Positions 25,568 through 32,567 of a DNA stretch of 38,916 bases are shown here, piece by piece. Origin of the DNA: a virus. The notes under the pieces were generated by a model, which worked only from the letters and a program-made list of their open reading frames with translations, had not been told where the DNA came from and made no database searches. Every line of letters starts with the position of its first letter. The stretch's first letter is position 1. The position numbers and the translations under genes were made by a program. Where the stretch lies: the IMG/VR virus record IMGVR_UViG_3300045988_113856; one strand, 5' to 3'.

Positions 25568-25737
25568 GATATCGCACTCCTTTTGAACTCTTAGAGCTTG
25601 TAATTCAAACGTATGTTCGTTATGTCCTTAAAATAAAAGCCTCATTAAAAACAAGGCTCCGTTGGTTCTAAATGGATAGATTCTTTTGGTAGACCGTTTG
25701 CAACTTTTATATTATGATTGCATGGAAAGGTGGTGGC

Positions 25738-25944
25738 ATGATGAAGGCTTTCAAAATCCAAGACGCGGTTAAACTTTATTCGTCGCTTAAAAAAACTTAC
25801 GAACGTGAAGACTCTAAAATTCAGAAAATGCAAGAAGAGATTGATCGTGAAATGAAGAAAGCTTCTCTGATCACCAAACCAAGTGCGGAACACCAAGGAC
25901 CTAAACGACATTTAAAAATACATAGAGATAGGCCGAATTCTTAA
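25738..25944 (+). CDS. Possible small coiled-coil ORF (68 aa)
   Basis: RBS GAAAGGTGG before the ATG. The 3' end overlaps the 3' end of the convergent 338-aa gene by 33 nt. No recognisable motif. Confidence 0.3.
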   Translation: MMKAFKIQDAVKLYSSLKKTYEREDSKIQKMQEEIDREMKKASLITKPSAEHQGPKRHLKIHRDRPNS

Positions 25945-26928
25945 AGAATCCTCTTTTTGTGAAATGCCAAAGTTAGTCAATGCGATTGATGACAAGTAAC
26001 TTGCAATCGCACCAATATCACGGGGTGCCAATTGAGAATTTGTAAGAGTTTGGTGTTTCCAATTTGTATTATCTGATTTGTTTTCCACGATTCCCATTAT
26101 ATAAAGGGTTCGTGGATTTTTTTGTAGCATTTGAAGTTGTGATGGGCTTAATCTAAAAAGAGACTTTTGTGCAAAAACAACGGTTTGCTCAGTGGAAACA
26201 ATGACACTATTCGGCATACTTTTTGAAAAGAAGTTCACCATTGCATAAACACTTCTAAAATTCTCTTGCGAGCTTTTGTCCTCTGTTATCTTTTGTTCTG
26301 CTTTTTGGATTTTCTTCTTCATGTCATCTATTTGCATTTTCGCGTTGCTGGCATTCCTTGTCCTTGCTTGGATAACTCTCAGCTGTTTTTTGTAACCATC
26401 TAACTTTTCTTCTGAAACATTATCTGTAGACAATCTCAGCACTGGATCAATAATTTCAGGGTTGGTACCGGCTTCAAGAGAATCGAAGTCGTATAAGGAA
26501 AAGCTATCTTTGTAAAGTACCAAGTCTCCTGGTTCCGCATTCTCAACAGGAACAAATTGTTTTTTTAGATAGCCTTCAAGGATCTCGACCCCGTAATCAC
26601 CGTATACTATATTCTCTGAATACTGATGCCTATTATGTGTTGAACTTTCGTCTGCCATAGAGTGGCTATCTTCGGCCGATCCTGAACCATTTGCTATCCC
26701 TGGGACTCCGCCGCTAATTTTTGCGGATTTTCTTCCACCTTTAGTTGCGACCTGAGTCAGTATGGAGGTTTTCTCATTCATACGCGTAGTCAGGGTGCTC
26801 AAGCCTTCGTCAAACTGGGCTAATAAGGAATTCATTAAGTCGGTGTCAACATAGATATACTCTCTCAGTTTCTTTTCGGCTTCAGCCTCATCATGCAGAT
26901 TATGGTCTTCCATTTTATTCTCCTTCAA
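25912..26928 (-). CDS. 338-aa orphan protein, no recognisable catalytic motif (defence candidate by position)
   Basis: RBS GAAGGAGAAT. AT-rich. N-terminal REYIYVDTDLMNSLLAQFDEG, Gly/Ser-rich linker, central coiled-coil (KMQIDDMKKKIQKAEQKI), conserved-looking C-terminal beta-rich part. Confidence 0.8.
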   Translation of the reverse strand: MKENKMEDHNLHDEAEAEKKLREYIYVDTDLMNSLLAQFDEGLSTLTTRMNEKTSILTQVATKGGRKSAKISGGVPGIANGSGSAEDSHSMADESSTHNRHQYSENIVYGDYGVEILEGYLKKQFVPVENAEPGDLVLYKDSFSLYDFDSLEAGTNPEIIDPVLRLSTDNVSEEKLDGYKKQLRVIQARTRNASNAKMQIDDMKKKIQKAEQKITEDKSSQENFRSVYAMVNFFSKSMPNSVIVSTEQTVVFAQKSLFRLSPSQLQMLQKNPRTLYIMGIVENKSDNTNWKHQTLTNSQLAPRDIGAIASYLSSIALTNFGISQKEDSLRIRPISMYF

Positions 26929-26964
26929 ATAGTTTAATTTTTAGTTTTGCTTCATCGCCCACGC

Positions 26965-26990
26965 AGCCTTCCGCGGAAGGCTATTTCTTT
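26965..26990 (+). terminator. Perfect 18-nt palindrome agccttccgcggaaggct + T-rich tail
   Basis: Lies between two minus-strand genes, but the U-tract is on the plus strand. Confidence 0.35.
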
Positions 26991-27023
26991 GTCTGAAAAC
27001 TAGCCCCCCTTTATGAAGTCGTA

Positions 27024-27227
27024 TTATTGCATCTCTCTAACCATCATCATGAGCACGCCGATAATGATGAAAACGGCTGCCAACCAGAGGCTGCTGCCGG
27101 GTTTGTCTGGGTCAATGAGCCAATATACCCAACGGTGTTTGTGGCCAAATAAGGCTAAGTAGACGCCTATAAGAACAATGATGAGGCCAATGAAGTGTGC
27201 CTCACTTAATGTAACTGGACCATTCAT
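27024..27227 (-). CDS. Small two-TM membrane protein (67 aa)
   Basis: Two hydrophobic spans (FIGLIIVLIGVYLALF, LWLAAVFIIIGVLMMMV). RBS GGAGA. Starts 23 nt after the upstream stop. Confidence 0.65.
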   Translation of the reverse strand: MNGPVTLSEAHFIGLIIVLIGVYLALFGHKHRWVYWLIDPDKPGSSLWLAAVFIIIGVLMMMVREMQ

Positions 27228-27250
27228 AAGTGCATCTCCAAGAACTGAGC

Positions 27251-27676
27251 TTAGATTTCGTTTAGCTTGCTGAACTCGATGTCATTGTTGTATCTGATCT
27301 TGACGGTTAGTGGGTTGCAACGGATGATGACGGGTCGATCATACTGTAACGATTTTTGAAAAGAATTGAGGCTTTCCGTAAAGCTTGGTATGGCCTCCTC
27401 AGCGGTCAATACAACGGCCTTTGCACGCAATAGCAACGATGAGTGGTGTAGCTCATTGAAGCAGTAAACAGCCACCACAGGCTTCTCTAGGACGTTTTGA
27501 ATGGTAGTAGTGTCGCGATCAGTGTAAAAAAGGATTTCTTTCAGCGATCGGTGTGATTTAAGTGGTGTTAGCGAAACTATATTAGGAAAACCGGTATCGG
27601 TATCAAGCGTAGCTACCTGCATAACGGTACACTCTCTTAACAGTATATCGGCCTGCCTGATCGTAGAATTTGCCAT
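27251..27676 (-). CDS. PNPOx-like / general-stress-protein-26-like split-barrel protein (141 aa)
   Basis: MANSTIRQADILLRECTVMQVATLDTDTGFPNIVSL...ILFYTDRDTTTIQNVLEKPVVAV fits the pyridoxamine-5'-phosphate-oxidase-like pattern. RBS TAGGAG before ATG 27676. Confidence 0.65.
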   Translation of the reverse strand: MANSTIRQADILLRECTVMQVATLDTDTGFPNIVSLTPLKSHRSLKEILFYTDRDTTTIQNVLEKPVVAVYCFNELHHSSLLLRAKAVVLTAEEAIPSFTESLNSFQKSLQYDRPVIIRCNPLTVKIRYNNDIEFSKLNEI

Positions 27677-27756
27677 AAGTAATACTCCTATCTTAACTAT
27701 TAATTTGATACGAGTAGCTATGTTTTTAACCGTTGATGGTGAATCAAATTCATTTT

Positions 27757-27765
27757 TGCTATAAT
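27757..27765 (+). promoter_or_regulatory. Extended -10 promoter element TGCTATAAT
   Basis: Match to TGnTATAAT, 45 nt upstream of ATG 27810. Confidence 0.4.
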
Positions 27766-27809
27766 TAGATGAATATTGTTCATTAGCGACTAGAAGGGCA
27801 GTGACTAAA

Positions 27810-27977
27810 ATGGAAAATCGTGTTGAGATAAAAGAAGGACATGTTTTTGTAAATGGAACCGAAATTAACCTGGTCAATGATATACAGCTTCATCCTGCGC
27901 TGAACGACACAACGCAAGTTCAACTGAGTTTTAAAGCTACGAGCCTGGATGTAGTTTATCCCGGATCTCGGCGGTGA
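27810..27977 (+). CDS. 55-aa ORF, paralogue of ORF 35747-35935 (below the ORF-track cutoff)
   Basis: Hand translation gives MENRVEIKEGHVFVNGTEINLVNDIQLHPALNDTTQVQLSFKATSLDVVYPGSRR. Aligns with MNSLRIQNGKVFVNGIEVGQVEKIHFKAEANDPVEVEMKW..GLDVSVY. Confidence 0.5.
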   Translation: MENRVEIKEGHVFVNGTEINLVNDIQLHPALNDTTQVQLSFKATSLDVVYPGSRR

Positions 27978-28010
27978 TGACGTTCTGATTGATTAGTACG
28001 AAATTCTTTA

Positions 28011-28019
28011 TGATATAAT
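28011..28019 (+). promoter_or_regulatory. Perfect extended -10 promoter element TGATATAAT
   Basis: Lies 37 nt upstream of ATG 28056. TTGATT -35-like hexamers sit upstream. Confidence 0.5.
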
Positions 28020-28055
28020 CAGTGAAAGATAACTAGACATTCACATAGAGGAGCG

Positions 28056-28280
28056 ATGATGATGAATGAAGACAAGCTAGGTTATAGTTATTCATATGAT
28101 TTGAAAGATGGAATTGTCAAGGTGAAGGATTTTGTGAAATATTTAGAGTCTTTACCCAGTGATTCCACAATCAGAATTCAGGGTATTTCAGATGATCGTC
28201 CGGCTGTTATTGATGACAATGTCTATTTTGAAAAAAGTAGTGGGCAATTGGTTATCCAACCTGATTCATTATCTATATGA
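28056..28280 (+). CDS. 74-aa hypothetical protein, convergent with and abutting the HEPN-like gene
   Basis: RBS AGAGGAG. Its stop TGA (28278-28280) is directly adjacent to the stop of the minus-strand gene. Confidence 0.6.
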   Translation: MMMNEDKLGYSYSYDLKDGIVKVKDFVKYLESLPSDSTIRIQGISDDRPAVIDDNVYFEKSSGQLVIQPDSLSI

Positions 28281-29036
28281 TCACCAAAAAACTCTGTGGT
28301 GGATATCCATGATTATTTTGAAGCTTCGATTGAATTCTACGTCTAGTTCTTTATCCTTATGTACCACTTGTATAGCTGACAGAGTGTAAAGTTTTCCTAC
28401 AAGAACTGCGAGCTCATGCTCTTTTTTGTTGCTAATAATTGCCTCATAGTTATCCGTGGCAATCGCATCCTGATAATTTGAGATGGGACAGTACCCATCG
28501 TCGTCAATCCAGCTAATTTGGAAAAACTTGACGACTTGGTAAACATTCTTAATTACTTCTTCGCAAAGACCTTTTGTTGGGATTAAAGTCCCGTGAATAA
28601 CTCTGTTGCGTTTTTCTGTGGAATCGTACATTTTGTTCAACATAGGAATTGCTGATTCTCCAAATAGTAGTAGGGAAATCGTTGCAAACGAAGCAATAGA
28701 TCTTTCTGAATACTTGATAGCGTGTGATTTATCAATGATTTTGTCCATTGGTTTGTGGTTGTTTGTTGACCAAAAGTAAGCTTTGATAGCTGTGTTTCTG
28801 AATTTTTCCAAGCTCGTAACTGCGCTTAGATAGCACTCATAGTATTCTTCATCATCATACGCTCGTAAAGCATTTTCAAATATCGGAACATACAGAGGGG
28901 TGCGTAATACTGCATGAAATGTATGACCCCTAGGACATATAAATTTCAGTGATTCGTCATCAGTTACTTCCGCGACAGCACTAGATTTATAATCGCGGCA
29001 TTCGGCACACATTGTTTCAATTTTCGTGTCAGACAT
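28281..29036 (-). CDS. Zn-ribbon + HEPN-like (R-x4-H) protein; candidate abortive-infection RNase/toxin
   Basis: C10xxC13...C34PRGH38 knuckle. EKRNRVIHG motif (R143..H148, nt 28593-28610). All-helical-looking remainder. AT-rich. Confidence 0.75.
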   Translation of the reverse strand: MSDTKIETMCAECRDYKSSAVAEVTDDESLKFICPRGHTFHAVLRTPLYVPIFENALRAYDDEEYYECYLSAVTSLEKFRNTAIKAYFWSTNNHKPMDKIIDKSHAIKYSERSIASFATISLLLFGESAIPMLNKMYDSTEKRNRVIHGTLIPTKGLCEEVIKNVYQVVKFFQISWIDDDGYCPISNYQDAIATDNYEAIISNKKEHELAVLVGKLYTLSAIQVVHKDKELDVEFNRSFKIIMDIHHRVFW

Positions 29037-29077
29037 CTCCTTACATTGTACTGACCGTGTTTACTTGGTTTGCTTAT

Positions 29078-29103
29078 TAGCCCTCGCCACCGGGGCTATT
29101 TTT
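29078..29103 (+). terminator. Plus-oriented intrinsic terminator between two minus-strand genes
   Basis: tagccc/gggcta stem, 9-nt loop, then T5. Confidence 0.45.
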
Positions 29104-29112
29104 GTGCCCAGC

Positions 29113-29131
29113 AAAAGCCCCAAGTAGGGGC
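29113..29131 (-). terminator. Terminator of the cI-sie operon
   Basis: gcccc/ggggc stem, loop aagta, followed on the minus strand by TTTT. Lies 12 nt after the stop of the 29143 gene. Confidence 0.5.
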
Positions 29132-29142
29132 CTGTAAAAGGG

Positions 29143-29844
29143 CTATTTCATATTGGACTGGGTTTTCCCGCTTAAAGCATCATTTGTAAAGGTCACGTTG
29201 AAGTTGGAACCCAGATCACCTTTTACACCAGATGTATAACCGGCCACAACATTCTTTTGACCGCCGATAAGGCTTTCATTGTAGTAGTCGGGTTGTCCCC
29301 ATTTTGAGGTGAAGTCAGCGTATTTTGTACCGTCCTGGAACGCGTTGAAATCTGCCAAAGTAATCTTTTGCTTGCGGCCTAACTTGAAGCCAGTAAGATT
29401 CTTGCTGAACGCATTTCCGTCGGTAAAGGAAACAATTACGTTAGCTCCCCAGCCACCCTCAACATTAGTCCACGTTACAAGATCAGTCTTAACTCCATTT
29501 GTGGTACTGCTCGAGGTAGAGGACGGGTTCCCAAACTGGGCTTTTAAATCATCTAATTTGGCACCACCATTGCCGTTTTCCATCAAATCACCCAATTTGA
29601 TGCTGTCAAAGTCTGCGCGAGTAATCTTGCCGCTTTCCTTTTTTGATGTGTTTGAGGACGTTTTGTCTGTCTTGCTAACTGTGGTTTTTTCTGTGGATTC
29701 GCTGCTTGATTTGCCCTTATTGTTGAGGCCACCACCAATTGCTGCTACCACAACAATAACTAATAGCCAAAACCATACGCGCTTGTAAAAAGGCTTCTTT
29801 ACCTTATATTGCTTGCCGTCTGTACCCATTACCTTTTTTGCCAT
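29143..29844 (-). CDS. Membrane-anchored extracellular protein with two DUF3862-like repeats (superinfection-exclusion candidate)
   Basis: N-terminal TM (VWFWLLVIVVVAAIGGG), Ser/Thr-rich linker, two repeats KIT(R/L)ADF..... ending in ..N(V/F).V.FT(D/N). Confidence 0.8.
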   Translation of the reverse strand: MAKKVMGTDGKQYKVKKPFYKRVWFWLLVIVVVAAIGGGLNNKGKSSSESTEKTTVSKTDKTSSNTSKKESGKITRADFDSIKLGDLMENGNGGAKLDDLKAQFGNPSSTSSSTTNGVKTDLVTWTNVEGGWGANVIVSFTDGNAFSKNLTGFKLGRKQKITLADFNAFQDGTKYADFTSKWGQPDYYNESLIGGQKNVVAGYTSGVKGDLGSNFNVTFTNDALSGKTQSNMK

Positions 29845-29899
29845 TTTTGATTTCCTCCGTCCAATTCAGCTTTTATAGTCGTCAGTATTTGGACTGATT

Positions 29900-30478
29900 T
29901 TATTTAACAGTCGGTAAGTCATTGCGTTGCCAATATTTCGTGGCAAAGGCAGGAACATTGCCATCAGAGAATCCTTCCAAATTCAAATCATTCAGTCTTG
30001 ACCCGTCTAGGTCGGCTGTCATGGCCTTTAGCTGATGTGTATTACCTCCTGCGTCATCGAATGGGTAAGTCACCATGACAGCTATATTTGCAAAATCATT
30101 GCCTTTTGATTTCTTGAATGCCTTCCATACTGAAGCAATATCCTCATGCATTAATTTAACCGCTGATTTGTCGTCCCAACCGCTGTCTTCTTTAATGGTT
30201 ACAAGAACGGTTTTTGATTTGGGGTCATCATAAACACCGCCTACTTCAGTGACTTTCAAATCAGGCTCATAGTGCTTCAACATCGCCTTTACTGATCTGT
30301 CACTATTCAGCTTATATATTCTTGTAGACGGAGAAGCTGATTCTTTTTTGAACTCATTGACACAACTTGAAATGCCAACAACTAGTAGAACAATGACGAC
30401 AAATACTGTCCAAAACTTCCATCTTTTCCAAAAAGGCTTTTTAATATCTCGATGAGATCTCCTAGTTTCGTGTTCCAT
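29900..30478 (-). CDS. Lipoprotein-like / membrane-anchored protein (superinfection-exclusion candidate)
   Basis: TM followed by the lipobox-like VGISSC. Starts 15 nt after the cI stop, so co-transcribed with cI. Confidence 0.8.
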   Translation of the reverse strand: MEHETRRSHRDIKKPFWKRWKFWTVFVVIVLLVVGISSCVNEFKKESASPSTRIYKLNSDRSVKAMLKHYEPDLKVTEVGGVYDDPKSKTVLVTIKEDSGWDDKSAVKLMHEDIASVWKAFKKSKGNDFANIAVMVTYPFDDAGGNTHQLKAMTADLDGSRLNDLNLEGFSDGNVPAFATKYWQRNDLPTVK

Positions 30479-30493
30479 TTTTAATCCTCCAAT

Positions 30494-31177
30494 CTAAATG
30501 CACTCGCTTGTTGCGTATAAAAACTTCCCAATTATTTTGAAGTCTTGAATCCCGTCTTTGGGGAATACATATGGTTTAAAAGATGGGTCCCATGATGATG
30601 GCTCAAACAGAACTGCGAGCGACGTTTCCCTATATCGCTTGATCGTAGCGCTTTCTGAGTCGATCATAACGGCAACTATATCACCGCTTTCTGGTTCTAA
30701 ATCTTTCGAGAAGACCGCTATATATCCGTTGGGGATTTCTCGATTCATGGATTCGCCGTTAACTTGAAGCGCGAATAGGTTCTTTGCTCCGTATCTTTTA
30801 GCAAAGCTCTTGGTAACATTTATCTGACCGATAATATCTTGTTCAGCCCATTTTGCAACGCCAGCTTGGATTTCTCCATAAACCATAACCGGCTGGTCGG
30901 CCACTTCGCTTGATACGGGAATAGCATTGCTAGGAATATCGCTTGACTTTTGAATGTAACCAGCCATTTTCATCAATTTAGTAGTGCTGACATTGTAAAG
31001 TTTTGCGAACTCTTTTAATGTTTCAGCAGATGGCGTGAATGGCTTGCCATGACTATTAATACCTTTTTCGGCTTGAGCTATTGCCGCATGGCTGATTCTC
31101 CCGTGTGAACGTTGGGAGGCTTCACGAAGCGACATGGTACCGCGCAACTGGCGCAAATAATCGCCTAATTCTGACAT
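30494..31177 (-). CDS. cI: CI-type repressor (XRE HTH + S24 LexA-like autopeptidase)
   Basis: N-terminal HTH MSLREASQRSHGRISHAAIAQAEKG. C-terminal VNGESM (Ser) ... ATIKRY (Lys). RBS AGGAGGTTT. Confidence 0.9.
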   Translation of the reverse strand: MSELGDYLRQLRGTMSLREASQRSHGRISHAAIAQAEKGINSHGKPFTPSAETLKEFAKLYNVSTTKLMKMAGYIQKSSDIPSNAIPVSSEVADQPVMVYGEIQAGVAKWAEQDIIGQINVTKSFAKRYGAKNLFALQVNGESMNREIPNGYIAVFSKDLEPESGDIVAVMIDSESATIKRYRETSLAVLFEPSSWDPSFKPYVFPKDGIQDFKIIGKFLYATSECI

Positions 31178-31198
31178 GACTAAACCTCCTTGTGATTA

Positions 31199-31276
31199 TT
31201 GTATATCTAACTATACAAAAAAACTTTTGATTTTATGTATATATTGGTTGACATCGTGTATACCTCGGTATATTAT
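31199..31276. promoter_or_regulatory. Genetic switch: three TGTATA-N6-TATACA-type operators and the rightward promoter
   Basis: O1 ttgtata-tctaac-tatacaa is a perfect palindrome (31199-31218). O2 lies at 31236-31253 and O3 at 31257-31274, each with an imperfect second half-site (4/6). -35 TTGACA (31248-31253), 17-nt spacer, -10 TATTAT (31271-31276). Confidence 0.55.
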
Positions 31277-31306
31277 TAATTCATAAGCAAGAAGGGAGGA
31301 ACAGAC

Positions 31307-31552
31307 ATGAGCAACAACTTGCGTCATTATCGCCGAGAAAAAGAGATGTCTCAGTTAGAACTAGCAAAGCAAGTTGGCGTCACTCGCTTAACCATATCCA
31401 ATATTGAAACAGGAAAAACAAAGGATCCGGCGACTTCAATTACGTTGAGAATTTCTGAAATTTTGGGTCATAGCGTTGATGCTATTTTTGGTAGCGAAAA
31501 TGTAAACCTTGATAAACACATTTCCGCCCAGCGAGAGGAGGCAGTCAAATGA
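31307..31552 (+). CDS. cro: Cro-like XRE HTH regulator
   Basis: Divergent from cI. HTH MSQLELAKQVGVTRLTISNIETGK. RBS GGGAGGAA. Confidence 0.8.
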   Translation: MSNNLRHYRREKEMSQLELAKQVGVTRLTISNIETGKTKDPATSITLRISEILGHSVDAIFGSENVNLDKHISAQREEAVK

Positions 31553-31671
31553 ACGAAAACGAGCGCAAACAAATAGCTAAAACAGCCGATGCACTTTTGG
31601 AAGAGGCAGCCCAGCTGATTGCGCTATCCAACAAACTATCAAGGCTCATCGGTAACATCCACAACGACTGA
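31549..31671 (+). CDS. 40-aa small ORF (below the ORF-track cutoff)
   Basis: ATGA overlap with the cro stop. RBS GAGGAGG 8 nt upstream. Helical-looking MNENERKQIAKTADALLEEAAQLIALSNKLSRLIGNIHND. Confidence 0.4.
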   Translation: MNENERKQIAKTADALLEEAAQLIALSNKLSRLIGNIHND

Positions 31672-31806
31672 GTCCGGGTGAATCCCGTTCCGAGTTGACG
31701 AATGGCTAGCAGAAGACGCTGATCAGCTTGCTATGGGTTAATCATAGCCCTCTCTAGCATGAATCAATATCCACCAATATTTCATCTTTTAAAGGAAGTG
31801 GAACGT

Positions 31807-32355
31807 ATGAAAGCAACAATTAGTAGCCCTTTGAATAGATTCGCTACTAGAACCAACACGCCACAGAAGGTGATCGCTTATGCAGCAAAATTAGGGCGCT
31901 CAACGATCAACAATTATTTTCATGGAACCCCCATTAGAGCAAATGAGGCTACTGACATTGCCAATTCGATGAATGACAGCGAACTAAGCTATGAAATGGC
32001 TAACTTGTTTCTAGGAATCCCTAAACTGTTTAGCGGTGACGGAATATACCACGATTTACGAGGTCTTTTATTCACCGATAAACGAGAAGAAGACGAGGAG
32101 AAAGCTTCTTTCATCAAGTACGACATCGAGGGCCTTGCTAATGACCCCAACTTTACACGCGATGACGCTAAAAACTTGAAAGCATACGCATTCGAAAAAA
32201 TGGATAGCACAGTCGCAGATCTAACCGAACTAAATGCTATTTGCAAAATGCTAGGCATCTCAATCATGGATCTTTTCAGTGAAAGGCTCCCGCATTACCA
32301 GAAACTTCATTATATGAGGAAGGATGAGCAGGCATGGAACAAGGATTCACATTGA
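31807..32355 (+). CDS. Early HTH-domain protein (regulator or antirepressor-like)
   Basis: RBS AAAGGAAGTGG before ATG 31807. HTH-like QKVIAYAAKLGRSTINNYFHG. Confidence 0.6.
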   Translation: MKATISSPLNRFATRTNTPQKVIAYAAKLGRSTINNYFHGTPIRANEATDIANSMNDSELSYEMANLFLGIPKLFSGDGIYHDLRGLLFTDKREEDEEKASFIKYDIEGLANDPNFTRDDAKNLKAYAFEKMDSTVADLTELNAICKMLGISIMDLFSERLPHYQKLHYMRKDEQAWNKDSH

Positions 32356-32564
32356 TTGATGTCGCTAAACCAAAAAAGCAGCGTAAGCCATTCAAACCCA
32401 AGGAGTGGTGGGCGCCCAAGGATGTTATGGAACATTATCAGGTTTCAGCGGCAACAGTTAGTCGCTGGAAGAAAAAAGGTGCTCCATTTGTCGGTCCCGG
32501 TAAGACACAACGTGTTGAGCCAGAAAAGATGGAACGTTGGTTTGCACGTCAGCAGGGGGTATAG
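32334..32564 (+). CDS. Small DNA-binding protein, excisionase-like HTH
   Basis: VMEHYQVSAATVSRWKKKGAPF resembles Xis/MerR-type winged HTH. RBS GAGGAAGGA. Confidence 0.5.
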   Translation: MEQGFTLIDVAKPKKQRKPFKPKEWWAPKDVMEHYQVSAATVSRWKKKGAPFVGPGKTQRVEPEKMERWFARQQGV

Positions 32565-32567
32565 GCA

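Noticed and set aside
27677-27877. N-terminal 67-codon extension of the PNPOx-like ORF (ORF-track 27251..27877, 208 aa)
   Set aside because: The extension has no RBS and a junk-like composition. It overlaps a promoter plus a plus-strand ORF that has a paralogue elsewhere. The internal ATG 27676 has a TAGGAG RBS and gives a canonical domain length.
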